Assembly (NCBI GenBank): GCA_045617505.1 | Contig: JAZLIS010000103.1 | Location: 41,424 to 105,423 of the forward strand | Length of the DNA stretch: 64,000 bases | Direction of reading: 5' to 3' | Source: Bacteroidales bacterium | GTDB taxonomy: Bacteria; Bacteroidota; Bacteroidia; Bacteroidales; UBA932 | Shown here: piece after piece, positions 1 to 9,452 of the stretch | How positions within the stretch are numbered: position 1 is the first letter of the stretch | Layout of the letters: each line of letters opens with the position of its first letter | Position numbers and translations under genes: made by a program | The notes under the pieces: model-generated | Told to the model about the DNA's origin: nothing | The model's input: only the letters and a program-made list of their open reading frames with translations | The model's database searches: none

Positions 1-1
1 C

Positions 2-160
2 AACATTTCAGACAAGGACTGGGAGAAGCAGGAGGCTAAGTATCCTCTCGGCTTTGGAAGTCCATTGGATGTGGCATATGCCGCCATCTACCTGTTCAGT
101 GACGCCAGTCGCTGGATTACAGGAACACAAATAAAAATGGACGGAGGAAGTAATCTTTAA
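2..160 (+). CDS. C-terminal end of a short-chain dehydrogenase/reductase (FabG-like); 5' end lies outside the window
   Basis: The frame is open from the window edge to TAA at 158-160. The tail PLDVAYAAIYLFSDASRWITGTQIKMDGG is a classic SDR C-terminus. Confidence 0.7.
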   Translation, partial: NISDKDWEKQEAKYPLGFGSPLDVAYAAIYLFSDASRWITGTQIKMDGGSNL

Positions 161-175
161 TTCAAAAACGCATTT

Positions 176-1225
176 ATGGCTACAATAAAATATAAAGGAG
201 TCAGCATCAAGGCTATAAGTGCTTGTGTCCCTAAGAACGTAAGCAAGAACAAAGACCTTGGGTATCTGATTCCGGAAGAAGAGATAGAGAAGACAATCAA
301 TTCCATAGGAATTATTGAGAAGAGGTATGTAGATGAAGATACGACAGCTTCGGACCTCTGTTTCAAGGCTGCCGAGAAGCTTATTGAGGACAATAACATA
401 GACAGAAGCACAATTGATATGGTGCTCTTCCTAAGTCAACTTCCAGACTACAAGATTCCGGCAACCGCTCCTATTCTTCAGCATAGATTGGGACTGCCTA
501 CCACTACGGCTGCCCTTGACCTTTCTCTTGGTTGTTCAGGTTATGTATATGCCCTTTCTACTGCAATGGCATATGCTTCGATGGAGGGAATCAACCGAGT
601 GCTGTTGCTTGTGGGCGAGACTTTCTCGAAGTTCGTGAACAGGATGGACAAGGTGGATGCTCCTCTTTATGGGGATGCAGGAACAGCCACTTTGATAGAT
701 AAGGCGGATACCGATTTTGTTTCAGTATTCGGTCTCTATTCTGATGGAGCAGGCGAAGATGCCGTCAAAATCAAAGCCGGAGGAGGCCGTTTCAAGACTA
801 CAGTCGAAAATATGAAGGAGCATACTGAGAAGGACGGCAGTATTCTTTCGGACAATGAGGTGTTCATGAACGGAATGGATGTGTTCAATTTCGTGATGAG
901 GGTTGTGCCAAAGAGTATCAAGACTCTCTGCTCTGAGAATAACATTGTGATGGAGAATGTCGGACATCTTGTTCTACATCAGGCAAACAAATTTATGACG
1001 GACTTCATAGCCAAGAAAATCAAATACCCTCTTGGGAAAGTTCCTTATTGTCTGGACAGGTTCGGCAATACAAGTTCTCCGTCAATTCCGCTTACCATCT
1101 CATCTGAGCTGCACGGACAGCCTTTGACAGATGCCATCATTTCCGGATTCGGTGCAGGCCTCTCCTGGGGAACCGCCCATATCAGCCTTGCCGATTGCAA
1201 GGTGTCTGAACTCATAGAATATTAG
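176..1225 (+). CDS. 3-oxoacyl-ACP synthase III (FabH/KAS III-like)
   Basis: 349-aa ORF with an ATG start. KAS III triad contexts are present: GCSGYVYAL (Cys), LHQANKFM (His), FGNTSSPSIP (Asn). Confidence 0.85.
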   Translation: MATIKYKGVSIKAISACVPKNVSKNKDLGYLIPEEEIEKTINSIGIIEKRYVDEDTTASDLCFKAAEKLIEDNNIDRSTIDMVLFLSQLPDYKIPATAPILQHRLGLPTTTAALDLSLGCSGYVYALSTAMAYASMEGINRVLLLVGETFSKFVNRMDKVDAPLYGDAGTATLIDKADTDFVSVFGLYSDGAGEDAVKIKAGGGRFKTTVENMKEHTEKDGSILSDNEVFMNGMDVFNFVMRVVPKSIKTLCSENNIVMENVGHLVLHQANKFMTDFIAKKIKYPLGKVPYCLDRFGNTSSPSIPLTISSELHGQPLTDAIISGFGAGLSWGTAHISLADCKVSELIEY

Positions 1226-1226
1226 C

Positions 1227-1628
1227 ATGTTACCATATTTCAGATTCCACCACACAGGAGTTGCTGTCTTTGATATCGATGCCACAGCCAAGTTCTATCT
1301 TGATGCCGGCTATTCAAAAACCGAGACTGTGTATGATCCGCACCAGAATGTCTATATCTGCTTCCTCACCAAAGAGGGGATGCCGATGATAGAACTGCTT
1401 GCGCCAAAGGATGAGACTTCGCCTGTCACCAAGACCTTGGACAAGAGTGGTGTTACGCCATACCATTTCTGCTATGAGGTGGATGACATCAATCAGGCAA
1501 TTGCTGACCTCAGGAAATTGAAATTCGTTCCACTGATCAAGCCAGTGGAAGCTTGTGCCATCAATGACAAGAAGGTCTGTTTTCTTTTCAACAAACAAGC
1601 CGGACTAATTGAATTGGTGGAGGCATAA
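1227..1628 (+). CDS. VOC/glyoxalase-fold protein (methylmalonyl-CoA epimerase-like)
   Basis: 133-aa ORF starting 2 nt after the KAS III stop. FHHTGVAV near the N-terminus and HFCYEVDD resemble VOC-family metal-ligand motifs. Confidence 0.6.
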   Translation: MLPYFRFHHTGVAVFDIDATAKFYLDAGYSKTETVYDPHQNVYICFLTKEGMPMIELLAPKDETSPVTKTLDKSGVTPYHFCYEVDDINQAIADLRKLKFVPLIKPVEACAINDKKVCFLFNKQAGLIELVEA

Positions 1629-1631
1629 ACT

Positions 1632-3212
1632 ATGAACTACTTCGTTTTCAGAAACAATACCATCGAACGCTTTTTCCCGAAGGAGTATCAGTTCTCGGGA
1701 TATGACGACATTTCCTTTATACCATCGGATGCCGAAGGGTATGTGTGGTACTATCAGGTGCCAATCAAATATAACCAGAAGGTACTTGCAGAGGAGATTA
1801 ACGGCTATGCCCAGAAACTCTCGTTCGTTCTGAGCCAGATAGACAGCAGGAAGACGGTCATCGCCCTTACGATGGACAGCCTCTATGCCGTTCCGTTTAC
1901 GGAGGATGACTACAGCCTGCAGTCGGCTATTGCCAATTATAATCTTGCGCTTTACAACATCGAGCGTCAACACTCTAATATGAAGGTGATTGACATCACC
2001 GAGTTCACGCGCAAATATGCGGTAGCCGAACTCTTCGACTGGAAATTCTATTTCATCAGTCAAATGGGAATGAACCCGAAACTCTCACGCGACTTTGCCG
2101 CCTGGTGGGAGAAGAAACTCTCGTCAGTGGCTTTGAAGCGCAAGAAGTGTCTGATGCTGGATTTGGACAACACCCTTTGGGGTGGAGTGCTTGGTGAGGA
2201 AGGTATAAATGGTATCAAAATAGGTGGCGATTATCCCGGAAAGGCGTTCCTCTATTTTCAGGAGGCACTTCTGGAACTTTCGCGCCAAGGAGTGATTCTG
2301 ACCGTATGCTCCAAGAATAACGAGCAAGACGTGCTGGATGCGTGGGAGAAGAATCCGTTCATTGTGCTGAAGAAAGAGCAGTTTGCCGCATATCGCATCA
2401 ACTGGACAGATAAGGCTACCAATATCAAAGAGTTGGCGGAAGAGTTGAACATCGGGCTTGACAGTTTTGTGTTTGTGGATGACAATCCTACAGAAAGAGA
2501 GCTCATCAAACAGCTGCTTCCTATGGTTGCCGTTCCCGATTTTCCAGCCCAACCTTACGAACTGCCTGTATTCTTCAAGCAGTTGGTGGAGGGCTACTTC
2601 AAGGTGTATTCCATCACCGATGAGGACAAGAAGAAAACCGAGCAGTACAAGGCCAATGCCGCCAGGGTTCAGGCTCAGCACTCGTTCACCGATTTCAGCG
2701 CATTCCTTGAGTCGCTGGACATTCAGATAGGCGTTGAGGCTGCCAATGAGTTCAATATCCAGCGAATCGCTCAGATGACTCAGAAGACCAACCAGTTCAA
2801 TCTGACCACAAAGCGCTATACCGATGCTGATGTCCGTGGGTTTGTGGAAAATGGCTGGAAGATCTGGTGCATCAGTGTGGCTGATAAGTTCGGGGATAAC
2901 GGCATTACGGGATGCATAATGGTAACACCTTCGGGCGAGATAGACACCTTCCTTTTGAGTTGCCGGATTCTCGGCAAAGGCATTGAGATTGCCTTTGTGA
3001 AGAAAGTTTTTGTTTTGCTCAAAGAGGCTGGCATCTCCGTGTTGAAAGCCAAATACATTCCTACCGCCAAGAACGCACAGGTCAAGGAATTCTGGGAGAA
3101 AGTTGGATTCGCTTGTGTGGCTGAGTCCGAGGATGGAGCCAAAGATTATGAACTGATGTTGGCTGATGCCGACCTCGAAATAGAAAAGTACTATCACATA
3201 AATTTGAAGTAA
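1632..3212 (+). CDS. FkbH-like HAD-IIIC family protein
   Basis: 526 aa. HAD motifs LDLDNTLWGG (DxDxT), VCSKNN and FVDDNP are present, with a C-terminal LSCRILGKGIE segment typical of FkbH-like proteins. Confidence 0.8.
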   Translation: MNYFVFRNNTIERFFPKEYQFSGYDDISFIPSDAEGYVWYYQVPIKYNQKVLAEEINGYAQKLSFVLSQIDSRKTVIALTMDSLYAVPFTEDDYSLQSAIANYNLALYNIERQHSNMKVIDITEFTRKYAVAELFDWKFYFISQMGMNPKLSRDFAAWWEKKLSSVALKRKKCLMLDLDNTLWGGVLGEEGINGIKIGGDYPGKAFLYFQEALLELSRQGVILTVCSKNNEQDVLDAWEKNPFIVLKKEQFAAYRINWTDKATNIKELAEELNIGLDSFVFVDDNPTERELIKQLLPMVAVPDFPAQPYELPVFFKQLVEGYFKVYSITDEDKKKTEQYKANAARVQAQHSFTDFSAFLESLDIQIGVEAANEFNIQRIAQMTQKTNQFNLTTKRYTDADVRGFVENGWKIWCISVADKFGDNGITGCIMVTPSGEIDTFLLSCRILGKGIEIAFVKKVFVLLKEAGISVLKAKYIPTAKNAQVKEFWEKVGFACVAESEDGAKDYELMLADADLEIEKYYHINLK

Positions 3213-3213
3213 T

Positions 3214-3438
3214 ATGACACTTGAAGAAAGAGTATTGGATGTTTTGAAGAACACCTTCGAACTTGATACAGTAGATAACACCTGCTCCCAGAAGACCTGC
3301 GAAAAGTGGGATTCGATGGGACAGCTCAACCTTGTTGTTGAACTCGAAACCGAGTTTGACGTGTCGCTCGAACCCGAAGAAATTGGGGAGATGACCAACG
3401 TGGAATCGATAGTCCATATATTAAAAGGAAAGTATTAG
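3214..3438 (+). CDS. acyl carrier protein
   Basis: 74 aa, starting 2 nt after the FkbH-like stop. It is acidic and has a phosphopantetheine-site context DSMGQLNLV. Confidence 0.8.
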   Translation: MTLEERVLDVLKNTFELDTVDNTCSQKTCEKWDSMGQLNLVVELETEFDVSLEPEEIGEMTNVESIVHILKGKY

Positions 3439-3629
3439 AATCTGTTTTGAAATCACGCAAGGACTTACACCAAGAAAGATAAACTCTGATAATCTGACAA
3501 ATATCGTTATGATATCAAGCGTTTCTGCGATAATTGGAACTAAAGACCATACGGTATACTGCCGTGAAAGGCTCAGGTGGGAATCAATGGATTTACAAAA
3601 GTGTTGCGCACACTCGACAAATATTATAG
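3425..3629 (+). pseudogene. decayed SDR gene fragment (active-site region only, frameshifted)
   Basis: One frame reads NIVMISSVSAIIGTKDHT. After a 1-nt shift the next frame reads YTAVKGSGGNQWIYKSVAH. Together these give the SDR catalytic Ser, a 13-residue spacing and then YxxxK. There is no Rossmann N-terminus and no start codon. Confidence 0.45.
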
Positions 3630-3685
3630 AAAAGTGTTGCTTGTAAACAACATATTTTCTATATTTGCGCACTAAATGAAAACTT

Positions 3686-4930
3686 ATGGATGACTTGTTT
3701 CTGAAGCATAACAGGCTGATAGCCAATACTCCGACAAAGATTATCAGGGGTCAGATGCAGGCGGTCAACTGGGATTCGAGCTTGATTTGCATCCAAGGTG
3801 CAAAGGGCGTGGGGAAATCGACTTTGCTCAAGCAGTTTGTGAAGTTGAACTACAAGCCTGGCGACCGGGCTGTGCTGTATTGTTCGGCTGACTCGGTCTA
3901 TTTTTCATCACATTCCCTCCTTGAGCTGGCCGACAAGTTCTGCATCAACGGAGGAGAGAGGCTTATCATCGATGAGATTCATAAGTATCCGGAATGGAGC
4001 AAGGAAATAAAGGAGATATATGAGATTTATCCTGAATTGAAGGTCGTGATAAGCGGTTCTTCGCTGCTGCAGCTGCTGGAGGGTGATGCGGACTTGTCGA
4101 GGCGTTATGTCAAGCATACGATGAAGGGTCTGTCGCTCTGCGAGTTCCTGCGTTTCTACAAGGGGATTGAGCTGCCGATGTGGAGTCTGGAGGAGATTCT
4201 TGGCAATGCTCCGGCAATCTGTGCTGAGGTCAATGCCGCCTGCAAGCCTGTGAAGCATTTCAAGGAGTATCTGCAATTCGGGTATTATCCGTTCTTCTTG
4301 GAAAGCCGTGTGGACTATTATACGAAGCTGGAGCAGGTGGTGAATTATATCGTGGATACGGAACTTCCGCAAATCTGTGGGGTGGATGTGGCCAACTTGC
4401 GTAAAATCAAGGCTCTGATTTCCATTATCTGCAATGCCGTGCCTTTCGAGCTCGATGCCAAGAAGCTGGCGGGGGCGATTGAGGTGTCGAGGGATACGGT
4501 CATCGAGTATCTGCAGGATCTGGACAAGGCCGACATATTCAATCTGATTTATTCTGAGAAGAAAAGCATTGGCAAGTTGACCAAGCCGGACAAGATTTAT
4601 ATGGAGAACCCCAACCTACTGTATGCGCTTGCGCCAGCCAGTGTGGAGATAGGTACGGCCCGCGAGACGTTTGCCGTCAGCAGTCTGATGCGTGCTCACG
4701 ATGTGGAATATGGTAAGGAGCACGGTGATTTCAAGGTGGATTCGAAGTATGTGTTCGAGATTGGTGGGGCGGGCAAGGATTTCCGCCAGATAGCCGGAAT
4801 CAAGGACTCATACGTCTTTGCCGATGACCTGGAATATCCCGATGGGGCAAAGCTTCCGCTTTGGCTGCTGGGGTTTGAGAACACACCCCTGACTAAAAAT
4901 TTTCAAGCCTGGAGCACTTGCGAAACTTAA
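3686..4930 (+). CDS. AAA-type ATPase (AAA_14/DUF4143-like architecture)
   Basis: 414 aa with Walker A GAKGVGKST and Walker B LIIDEIH. A TATATTTG -7 box lies at 3660-3667. Confidence 0.75.
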   Translation: MDDLFLKHNRLIANTPTKIIRGQMQAVNWDSSLICIQGAKGVGKSTLLKQFVKLNYKPGDRAVLYCSADSVYFSSHSLLELADKFCINGGERLIIDEIHKYPEWSKEIKEIYEIYPELKVVISGSSLLQLLEGDADLSRRYVKHTMKGLSLCEFLRFYKGIELPMWSLEEILGNAPAICAEVNAACKPVKHFKEYLQFGYYPFFLESRVDYYTKLEQVVNYIVDTELPQICGVDVANLRKIKALISIICNAVPFELDAKKLAGAIEVSRDTVIEYLQDLDKADIFNLIYSEKKSIGKLTKPDKIYMENPNLLYALAPASVEIGTARETFAVSSLMRAHDVEYGKEHGDFKVDSKYVFEIGGAGKDFRQIAGIKDSYVFADDLEYPDGAKLPLWLLGFENTPLTKNFQAWSTCET

Positions 4931-4966
4931 ATTAATGACTTATTTTGCTTTTTATAGAATTTAAAA

Positions 4967-6019
4967 ATGAAAGAAGATAGCAGCTATATTAAAAAGTGCA
5001 AGGTCCTCGTCACATGTATGACCTACAATCACAGCAAGTATATTACTGATGCTTTGAATGGTTTTGCAATGCAAAAAACCGACTTCCCGTTTGTCTGTCT
5101 GGTAATGGATGATGCAAGCACTGACGGAGAGCAGGAGGTTATCCGTGATTTTCTGAACAAAGAGTGTCTGATGGACAAAGCCGAACATTATGATCACGAA
5201 TTGGCCGATATCGTAATCGCAGAACACAAAACAAATCTGAATTGCAAGTTTGCTATTTACTTCCTTAAAGTCAACTTATATAACACAAACAAGAAGGAGC
5301 CTCTTGTTAAAGAGTGGCAAGCACATTGCCCTTATATCGCTCTTTGCGAGGGAGATGATTATTGGATTGATCCATTAAAGTTGCAAAAACAGGTAGATTA
5401 TATGGATAAGCATCAGAAATGCACACTATGCTTCACAAATGGCTTATGTTATAAAGATAGCTTGTTTGAGAAACGAGTTGTACCATACGATTCAATTAAT
5501 GTCCCGTATTATAAAAAAGGAAATTCCGATTATTCTTTCGAAGAGATGCTCGGCTTAGACTATGTGCCCACAGCCAGTTTGCTATTTAGAACCAACATAA
5601 TTTCAAACATCCCAAACCTTCCGTCTGATTGCTTCTCTGGAGACACATACTATAGATTATATGCAACCAGTAAAGGCTACGCACACTTTATTGACCAAGA
5701 CACTTGTGTTTATAATATTGGCATCAATTCATCAATAACGACAAACTGGCTAAATAATATATCATTATATAGAAAATTTAAAGAATCATTTGTCAAAATG
5801 CTCGAAGCAATGAATAAAATCACAGAGTATCAATATTCTAAATGTCTCAATGCCGCCATATGCCGGGAAAAAACACGCTTTTATAAAGATGACAACGATT
5901 GGGAGAATTTATATTCCAAAACTATTAGAGAATATATGTCTACAAAATCTCTGTCTGAGAGGTTTAGATATTACGCATTCCCTATCACAAAAAGAATCAG
6001 AACTATTTTTCAGAAATAG
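4967..6019 (+). CDS. glycosyltransferase family 2
   Basis: 350 aa. The N-terminal GT-A signature reads VTCMTYNHSKYI...MDDASTDGEQ, with a DxD-like CEGDDYW. The gene is visibly AT-rich. Confidence 0.8.
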   Translation: MKEDSSYIKKCKVLVTCMTYNHSKYITDALNGFAMQKTDFPFVCLVMDDASTDGEQEVIRDFLNKECLMDKAEHYDHELADIVIAEHKTNLNCKFAIYFLKVNLYNTNKKEPLVKEWQAHCPYIALCEGDDYWIDPLKLQKQVDYMDKHQKCTLCFTNGLCYKDSLFEKRVVPYDSINVPYYKKGNSDYSFEEMLGLDYVPTASLLFRTNIISNIPNLPSDCFSGDTYYRLYATSKGYAHFIDQDTCVYNIGINSSITTNWLNNISLYRKFKESFVKMLEAMNKITEYQYSKCLNAAICREKTRFYKDDNDWENLYSKTIREYMSTKSLSERFRYYAFPITKRIRTIFQK

Positions 6020-6030
6020 TATATACTGCA

Positions 6031-7149
6031 ATGGTTGACTCAAATAGCAAGATAAAAGTACTAGAAGTTGTAAATGCTTTCACCCGTGGAGGCACGGAAA
6101 GTTTTATTATCAACAACCTCTTAAAATTAAATCAAGAAAGGTATTCTATCACAATTGCTATCCTCGCATCTAATTTTAGTCCATATGAGGAATTAGCAAG
6201 AAATAAGGGTTGGAATATCGTATTTTTGGATGCTTGTTTTGCCAAAGGAAATATAGTCAATGCTTTCAAGCGGCTATACAAGTTTATTAAATATGGCAAA
6301 TTTGATGTTGTTCATTCTCATATTGATATATACAATGCATATCCTATGCTGGCCGCATATCTTAATCGGACAGAAAAGAGGATATCACATTCCCACAGTT
6401 CATCTTTTTTTATTAATGGGAGCTTCAAAAGAAGATTTTATTACAATGTTTTTTTGAGAGAAATTATCGTACTATTTTCAACAGAGCGTTGCGCATGTAG
6501 CAAAGAGGCAGGAATACAATTATATGGGAAGAAGCGATTTAAAATTATTCACAATGGAATAGACTTATCCAGATTTTCTGGCAAGGTTTCTCTTCCCAAT
6601 GACATATTTCTACCTATTAATTGTAAAATTTATGGGAGTATTTCAAGATATGACGAGAACAAGAACCTTCCTTTTGTTGTAGATGTCTTTAATGAAATCC
6701 ATAAAATAGAACCAAATAGTTTTCTACTTCTAGGAGGTGTTGATGGAAGTACAAAAGAAATTGCCTTAAAGAAAATTAAAGACTATTCCCTATGCGAATG
6801 TGTAAGAGAAATAGGAGAACGCTGTGATGTGCCTCAAATATTACACTATATTGACTGCTTTCTTTTCCCCTCAAAAAAAGAGGGATTAGGAATTATTCTT
6901 CTCGAATGCCAGGCAAGTGGAGTTCACGTGGTAACCTCTACAGGAGTTACTGATGCCGTAGACGTTGGATTGGATCTAGTAGATTTTGTAGACTTGTCTC
7001 AGCCGATTGCACAATGGGCAACCATATCTATTAAGGCTATGAGGAAAGATCTTGGATTTGACCGTATCAAAAAAGCTTTTACTGAAAATAAATTTGACAT
7101 AGAATGTAGTGTGAAAGAACTCGAAAGAATATATTCATCCAGACGTTGA
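6031..7149 (+). CDS. glycosyltransferase family 4 (GT-B)
   Basis: 372 aa with the C-terminal EX7E-type motif PSKKEGLGIILLECQASGVHVV. Confidence 0.8.
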   Translation: MVDSNSKIKVLEVVNAFTRGGTESFIINNLLKLNQERYSITIAILASNFSPYEELARNKGWNIVFLDACFAKGNIVNAFKRLYKFIKYGKFDVVHSHIDIYNAYPMLAAYLNRTEKRISHSHSSSFFINGSFKRRFYYNVFLREIIVLFSTERCACSKEAGIQLYGKKRFKIIHNGIDLSRFSGKVSLPNDIFLPINCKIYGSISRYDENKNLPFVVDVFNEIHKIEPNSFLLLGGVDGSTKEIALKKIKDYSLCECVREIGERCDVPQILHYIDCFLFPSKKEGLGIILLECQASGVHVVTSTGVTDAVDVGLDLVDFVDLSQPIAQWATISIKAMRKDLGFDRIKKAFTENKFDIECSVKELERIYSSRR

Positions 7150-7154
7150 TTATT

Positions 7155-8345
7155 TCATGAGAAATAAGTCAAGTAACATTTAAATTTATCTCTGAAATCG
7201 TACCGAGACGCTATCATACAACAATTAAAATCACTTTTCTTAGCCTTATCAACTAATGAAAGCACAGTGCGTAACAGGTCTTCATAATTATCCTTATCAA
7301 CTACAACGCCACAAGAATTATCGATAATTTCCGGGCATCCTCCTGTTCTATAGGTAATTACAGGAGTACCACAGGCCAACGCTTCTATATTAACGAGGCC
7401 TAAAACCTCCTCACGAGTTGGATTCACGAACACATCAGCTGTAGTATATATTTCAGCAAGTTCTACTTTGTTGTTTGTGCGGTGTATTGAGATTATATTC
7501 TTCGGCAGACACTTTTCAACATTATCATCTGTCCCGACTAATACTATTCTATACGAATCGTCCAAGTCGTAGGCAAGTCTAACAAAGACGTCCAACCCCT
7601 TTCTCTGACCCCACCCAAATGCAACACCGAGCACAATTTTTGTGTCCTGCAAATCATAGTGTTGTCTGAAGTTACTTCCGCAAGGTTTAAACACTGTCAA
7701 ATCAATTCCATTATTAATCACAACTATATGATATCCTTTCAGATATGACTGTTTCACAATATCAGCAAGCCACCGTGAAGGTGTGACGATTGTCATATCC
7801 GGTACCCCAAGAAAACAGGATTTCTTGATGCGATGCATTCTTGAAGAATTGTCAATGAAACTGTCAGGATACTCCCGATGCTGAGGACATTTGGAACATT
7901 CCGTTTTCCATTTTTCGCAACCAATCATATCAAAATGAGGACAGTGCCCGGTAATAGCCCAACAATCATGCATAGTCCAAACAACCTTTATTTGGTTGTC
8001 TTTAATAAACTTGAATAGGATGGGCAAGTTTAGATACCACCCATGAATTACGTGTAGATGTATTGCTTGCACACCAAATTGACGGAGTTTCCTAACCAGT
8101 TTTTTTGTCGCATTCCGATAAAGTAAGTCATCGCATCCGAAGATTTTTGAAATAAGAATATTCAGATTTCGTACTATTCTATTTCCTATAATATACGATT
8201 CTTCAACCTTTTTGGACAGATTCTTTTTCGTTGCAGGATAGCAAATCAGAACTTGATCTCCTCTTTCTCTTAATAGATCAGCAATACCCAACATAATTGT
8301 GCCGGTACTGCCGTAATTTGAAGTATTGATTTCTGCCACTTTCAT
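7155..8345 (-). CDS. glycosyltransferase family 4 (GT-B)
   Basis: Carries the motif PTREEVLGLVNIEALACGTPVI. The track start at 8351 is GTG, so I prefer the ATG at 8345 (MKVAEINTSNYGSTG). Confidence 0.8.
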   Translation of the reverse strand: MKVAEINTSNYGSTGTIMLGIADLLRERGDQVLICYPATKKNLSKKVEESYIIGNRIVRNLNILISKIFGCDDLLYRNATKKLVRKLRQFGVQAIHLHVIHGWYLNLPILFKFIKDNQIKVVWTMHDCWAITGHCPHFDMIGCEKWKTECSKCPQHREYPDSFIDNSSRMHRIKKSCFLGVPDMTIVTPSRWLADIVKQSYLKGYHIVVINNGIDLTVFKPCGSNFRQHYDLQDTKIVLGVAFGWGQRKGLDVFVRLAYDLDDSYRIVLVGTDDNVEKCLPKNIISIHRTNNKVELAEIYTTADVFVNPTREEVLGLVNIEALACGTPVITYRTGGCPEIIDNSCGVVVDKDNYEDLLRTVLSLVDKAKKSDFNCCMIASRYDFRDKFKCYLTYFS

Positions 8346-8347
8346 AT

Positions 8348-9136
8348 TCACAGCGCCTTATAGTGTTTTGCCACAAATCTGAAGAAAGGTATCCTGATAA
8401 ATTTCGGCATACATTTCTTGACTGCTCTGACGATGGATTTCCTCAAGAGATGGGATTTTCTTTCTTTGGAAACATCAATGCCTCTGGCTTCAATAATATT
8501 AAACATTTCATTTGCAGATGCCTTATAGTGCCTGAAGGTGGCGCCATCATCCATTTCCACCTTGGCTACAAGGCGGTTGCAATAGGAAAACTTATAGTCA
8601 TTAAGATAGAAATAAGACAATTGTTCAAAGTCTGCGGCATATCTGTACTTCGTATCAAACTTATGTGCCCTCAGCAACTCAGTTTTAACAAATGAAGCCT
8701 GATGGGATATGCTCATCTTGTTGTTCAGATACGCCTGTTTGGGACGCACAATGAAAGAACCGTATTCGAAAATCTGCTCAGAATCACCGTAAACCACGTC
8801 GGCACCCGGATTTGCCTGGATAAAAGCGGCGACGTCGGTTAAAACCCGATTGTCGGCAAAAACATCTCCGGCATTCAGAAACAATACATAATCGCCTTGG
8901 GCAGCATCTATGCCTTTATTCATTCCAAAATAGATGCCCCCGTCTTTTTCACTCACGTAATGCGCAATTCCGGAACGATACTTTTCGATTATCTGTTGCG
9001 CTCCATCGGTGCTTCCTCCATCAATAATGACATACTCGATATTCTGATAGTCCTGATTGATGACGGACAGAATAGTCTTTTCAATAATGTTTCTGGTGTT
9101 AAAAGAAACAGTAACAATAGTTAGTAATGGACTCAT
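8348..9136 (-). CDS. glycosyltransferase family 2
   Basis: 262 aa with an ATG start. GT-A signature: LTIVTVSFNTRN...IIDGGSTDG...FLNAGD. Confidence 0.85.
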   Translation of the reverse strand: MSPLLTIVTVSFNTRNIIEKTILSVINQDYQNIEYVIIDGGSTDGAQQIIEKYRSGIAHYVSEKDGGIYFGMNKGIDAAQGDYVLFLNAGDVFADNRVLTDVAAFIQANPGADVVYGDSEQIFEYGSFIVRPKQAYLNNKMSISHQASFVKTELLRAHKFDTKYRYAADFEQLSYFYLNDYKFSYCNRLVAKVEMDDGATFRHYKASANEMFNIIEARGIDVSKERKSHLLRKSIVRAVKKCMPKFIRIPFFRFVAKHYKAL

Positions 9137-9166
9137 AGGTATATCTATAATGCGTACTCACAGTGA

Positions 9167-9232
9167 TTATCTCCACATAAATAATTCGTTCTTCCCCTTC
9201 GTAATCCATCTCCCGAAGAATGGGCCTTCCAG
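9167..9232 (-). pseudogene. remnant of the 3' end of an AAA ATPase gene (paralog of 10021-11094)
   Basis: The minus-strand frame reads LEGPFFGRWITKG, against LEDPFFGRWVKEG* at the C-terminus of the intact ATPase. By hand alignment, 31 of 39 nt match between 9194-9232 and 10024-10062. Confidence 0.6.
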
Positions 9233-9251
9233 TTTCTACTATACAAAAAAG

Positions 9252-9452
9252 TCATCTTACGAAAATCAATTCGTCTGCAAGTTGCTCGACTGTTTTTTCA
9301 AGATATGGAGAACCGGGACGGGTGATGTCATCAGCAATTTTTGACTGCATTACTATTGAAGCGGCATCACGAGGTGAGATGTTATGTTTCGATGCAATGT
9401 AGGCTGTCAAGTTCGAAAGAAGGCTATTGGCTTTGATAATAATATCGCTCAT
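9252..9452 (-). CDS. small helical protein (DUF3791-like from memory), partner of the upstream XRE fusion
   Basis: 66 aa with an ATG start that forms an ATGA overlap with the stop of the 162-aa gene. The sequence SKHNISPRDAASIVMQSKIADDI...EQLADEL resembles the C-terminal half of its neighbour. Confidence 0.5.
   Translation of the reverse strand: MSDIIIKANSLLSNLTAYIASKHNISPRDAASIVMQSKIADDITRPGSPYLEKTVEQLADELIFVR

Noticed and set aside
2124-3398. A 424-aa minus-strand ORF opposite the FkbH-like and ACP genes.
   Set aside because: It is fully antisense to a gene with clear HAD/FkbH motifs, its translation is low-complexity with no recognisable motif, and it fits a shadow ORF.
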